Positions 50,600 to 53,093 of a stretch of 53,093 nt of DNA are shown here, piece after piece. The DNA is from an uncultured Planctomycetia bacterium (GTDB lineage Bacteria; Omnitrophota; Gorgyraeia; JABMRG01), in assembly GCA_964523875.1 (NCBI GenBank), contig CAZGAS010000001.1, forward strand, positions 1 to 53,093. Reading direction: 5' to 3'. Made by a program: the position numbers and the translations under genes. The notes below the pieces were generated by a model. The model had not been told where the DNA came from, ran no database searches, and saw nothing but the letters and a program-made list of their open reading frames with translations. How positions within the stretch are numbered: the stretch's first letter is position 1; each line of letters starts with the position of its first letter.

Positions 50600-53035
50600 A
50601 TGTTCAATAGATTTACAGAAAGAGCCAGAAAGGTAGTGGTCCTGGCAAAAGAAGAGGCAAAGAGGTTTAACCATAACCATATCGGTACTGAACATTTACT
50701 TCTCGGCCTTGTCAAGGAAGGTGAGGGTGTCGCGTCAGCTGTGCTGCAGAATTTAGGCCTTTCTCTTGATATGATAAGGCTTGAAGTGGAGAAGCTTGTA
50801 CAGACAGGGCCCTCTACCGTGATATCCGGGGATATACCTTTTACCCCAAAGGCAAAGAAGGTTATAGAACTGGCTATGGACGAAGCGCGTCATTTAGGCC
50901 ATAATTATATAGGTACAGAACATCTTTTGCTTGGCCTTATCAGAGAGTCTGAAGGAGTCGCTTCACAGGTGCTTCTTAATCTGGGCCTGGATCTTGCCCG
51001 TGTCAGGAATGAAATTATGGCTCTTCTGGGTTCTGTCACTCCGGGCCAGGCGCCAAGTATCAGCGCGGAAAAGAGCAAGACCCCCGCGCTTGACGCTTTT
51101 GGCAGGGAGCTTACTCAATTGGCAAAAGATGGCAAACTCGATCCTGTTATTGGAAGGGCAGATGAGATAGAGCGTGTTATACAGATACTAAGCCGTCGAA
51201 CAAAGAATAATCCCGTGCTTTTAGGAGAGGCCGGAGTAGGTAAAACAGCCATTGTAGAAGGGCTTGCTCAGAAGATTATTACCTCTGATGTGCCTGAGAC
51301 CTTGAAAGCAAAACGGGTTGTTGCTCTAGACCTGGCGCTTATGGTAGCTGGAACAAAATATCGCGGACAGTTTGAAGAGAGAATAAAGACAGTTATGGAT
51401 GAGATAAAACGCTCAGAGAATATAATCGTCTTTATAGATGAGCTGCATACATTAGTTGGCGCGGGTGGTGCTGAAGGAGCGATTGACGCGGCTAATATAT
51501 TAAAGCCCGCGTTGTCAAGAGGGGAGATACAGTGTGTTGGCGCTACCACGCTTGACGAATACCGCAAATTTATTGAGAAGGATGCTGCGTTGGAGAGGAG
51601 ATTCCAGACGATAATGGTAGAGCCTCCCAGTGTTGATGAGACAGTCGAGATACTCAAAGGCCTTAGAGAGAGATATGAGTCACATCATAAGATTAAGATT
51701 ACAGACAATGCTCTTGTTGCCGCGGCAAAGATGTCTGACAGGTATTTATCAGACAGGTTCTTGCCTGATAAGGCTATAGATATTATAGATGAAGCTGGTT
51801 CACGCGCGCGCCTGAATGTAATGACAGCTCCCCCAAACCTTAAGAAGCTTGAGACAGATATAGAAGAATGCCGAAAGGACAAAGAATCCGCGGTAAGGGC
51901 GCAGGATTTTGAAAAGGCCGCGAAGTGCAGGGATGTAGAGAGAAATACTAAGATTGAGCTTGAGAAGCAGCGTAATGCGTGGAAAGAGAAGAGCATGGAA
52001 CAGATACCTGAGGTTGACTCTGATGAGATTGCCTATATAATAGCAAAATGGACCGGCATACCATTGTTAAGGTTGGAGGAGGGCGAGTCAGAGAGGCTTC
52101 TCAAGATGGAGGAGGACCTTCACCAGAGGGTTGTTGGACAGGATCAGGCTATCAAGGCTATAGCACACGCGGTAAGGCGTTCAAGAGCAGGTATAAAGGA
52201 TCCTCGCAGGCCTATTGGTTCGTTTATATTTTTAGGGCCAACAGGCGTTGGAAAGACATTGCTCGCGAGAGTATTAGCTGATTTTATGTTTGGTGATGAG
52301 GATGCCATGATACAGCTTGATATGTCTGAATATATGGAGAAGTTTAATGTATCAAGGCTTGTTGGCGCACCTCCGGGATATGTTGGTTATGATGAAGGCG
52401 GCCAGCTTACTGAGAAAGTAAGGAGAAGGCCTTATTCCGTGGTTCTTCTTGATGAGATTGAAAAAGCCCATCCGGATGTTTTTAATCTATTATTGCAGAT
52501 ATTCGAGGAAGGCAGGCTCACAGATAGCTTTGGCAGAAAAGTTGATTTCAAAAATACGGTTATTATAATGACTTCAAACATAGGCGCTGACCTTTGGAAA
52601 AAACAGGGCGCTCTGGGCTTTAAGCCCAAGGATGAGAGCCAGTCATTTGAGGATATTAAAGTCCGGTTATCAGAGGCAACGAAGAAGACCTTTAAGCCGG
52701 AGTTTTTAAACAGGGTTGATGATACTATAGTCTTCCACCCGCTGACTAGAAACCACCTTGAAAAGATACTTGAGATAGAGATCGAGGCTGTGGTCAAGAG
52801 GCTCTCTGAGCATGATATCAAGCTGGAGCTTACAAAGGAAGCAAAGGCGTTTATCATTGAAAAAGGTTTTGACCCTATTTATGGCGCACGTCCCTTAAAG
52901 CGGACTATTCAGAGCTTCTTAGAGGATCCTTTAGCTGAAGAGATAATCAAAGGGAGCTTAAAAGATATCCAGAGTGTAAAGGTGGGGTTTTCTAAAGACC
53001 ACCTTACGTTTGATAAGACCTGCTTAAAGGTGTAA
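50600..53035 (+). CDS. clpC: ATP-dependent Clp protease ATP-binding subunit ClpC
   Basis: 811 aa. Duplicated Clp_N repeats ([10 protein letters not shown] x2), two AAA+ modules ([17 protein letters not shown]) and a UVR-like middle motif FEKAAKCRD. Confidence 0.95.
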   Translation: MFNRFTERARKVVVLAKEEAKRFNHNHIGTEHLLLGLVKEGEGVASAVLQNLGLSLDMIRLEVEKLVQTGPSTVISGDIPFTPKAKKVIELAMDEARHLGHNYIGTEHLLLGLIRESEGVASQVLLNLGLDLARVRNEIMALLGSVTPGQAPSISAEKSKTPALDAFGRELTQLAKDGKLDPVIGRADEIERVIQILSRRTKNNPVLLGEAGVGKTAIVEGLAQKIITSDVPETLKAKRVVALDLALMVAGTKYRGQFEERIKTVMDEIKRSENIIVFIDELHTLVGAGGAEGAIDAANILKPALSRGEIQCVGATTLDEYRKFIEKDAALERRFQTIMVEPPSVDETVEILKGLRERYESHHKIKITDNALVAAAKMSDRYLSDRFLPDKAIDIIDEAGSRARLNVMTAPPNLKKLETDIEECRKDKESAVRAQDFEKAAKCRDVERNTKIELEKQRNAWKEKSMEQIPEVDSDEIAYIIAKWTGIPLLRLEEGESERLLKMEEDLHQRVVGQDQAIKAIAHAVRRSRAGIKDPRRPIGSFIFLGPTGVGKTLLARVLADFMFGDEDAMIQLDMSEYMEKFNVSRLVGAPPGYVGYDEGGQLTEKVRRRPYSVVLLDEIEKAHPDVFNLLLQIFEEGRLTDSFGRKVDFKNTVIIMTSNIGADLWKKQGALGFKPKDESQSFEDIKVRLSEATKKTFKPEFLNRVDDTIVFHPLTRNHLEKILEIEIEAVVKRLSEHDIKLELTKEAKAFIIEKGFDPIYGARPLKRTIQSFLEDPLAEEIIKGSLKDIQSVKVGFSKDHLTFDKTCLKV

Positions 53036-53037
53036 TG

Positions 53038-53072
53038 CTTAATACTTAATTCTTACAACTTAATACTTTAAG
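53038..53072. repeat. heptanucleotide array (CTTAATN x5) downstream of clpC
   Basis: CTTAATA CTTAATT CTTACAA CTTAATA CTTTAAG. 27 nt match 48857-48883 with 1 mismatch. Confidence 0.85.
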
Positions 53073-53093
53073 AAGGATATATATTGTTTCGCA

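Overview
AT-rich, tightly packed bacterial chromosome segment, almost entirely plus-strand coded: about 49 CDS, 3 tRNAs and tmRNA. Most genes are housekeeping: accA, nfo, leuS, lysS, mnmG, GTP-type pckG, def, murI, queD-queC-queE-queF, a two-subunit class I fumarase, rph, rdgB, ilvE and smpB/ssrA. There is a heavy load of diderm envelope functions: MlaE/F/D, LolC/E-LolD, a 987-aa AsmA/TamB-like protein, a TonB-dependent receptor, a LysM L,D-transpeptidase and an AmiC-type amidase. Signalling genes include a PilZ protein, an RsbW-like kinase, two STAS proteins, a CHASE2-PP2C phosphatase, a PAS histidine kinase with receiver, and a GAF-ANTAR protein. An mcsA-mcsB-clpC arginine-phosphorylation/Clp module closes the window. 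I see no CRISPR array, transposase, integrase, toxin or recognisable defence gene, so this looks like core genome of an uncultivated diderm lineage (inference from gene content only). The coding-level oddities are: (1) partner-switching genes interleaved with an Mla core that lacks MlaA/B/C; (2) a polybasic tail on a GH94 phosphorylase; (3) a UPF0280 / NIL-ferredoxin / GAF-ANTAR trio; (4) a pentapeptide-repeat K+ channel; (5) a deformylase with a HEXXH to QEXXH change; (6) McsAB-ClpC without ctsR. The non-coding oddities are: (7) intergenic spacers built from tandem 7-nt repeats, often as inverted arrays around GC-rich hairpins; (8) a shared ~60-nt sequence immediately after the CCA ends of tmRNA, tRNA-Leu(CAG) and a tRNA-Leu(CAA) remnant; (9) a 256-nt repeat insert splitting mlaE from mlaF. 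All functional calls come from reading motifs in the supplied translations; no database search was possible.
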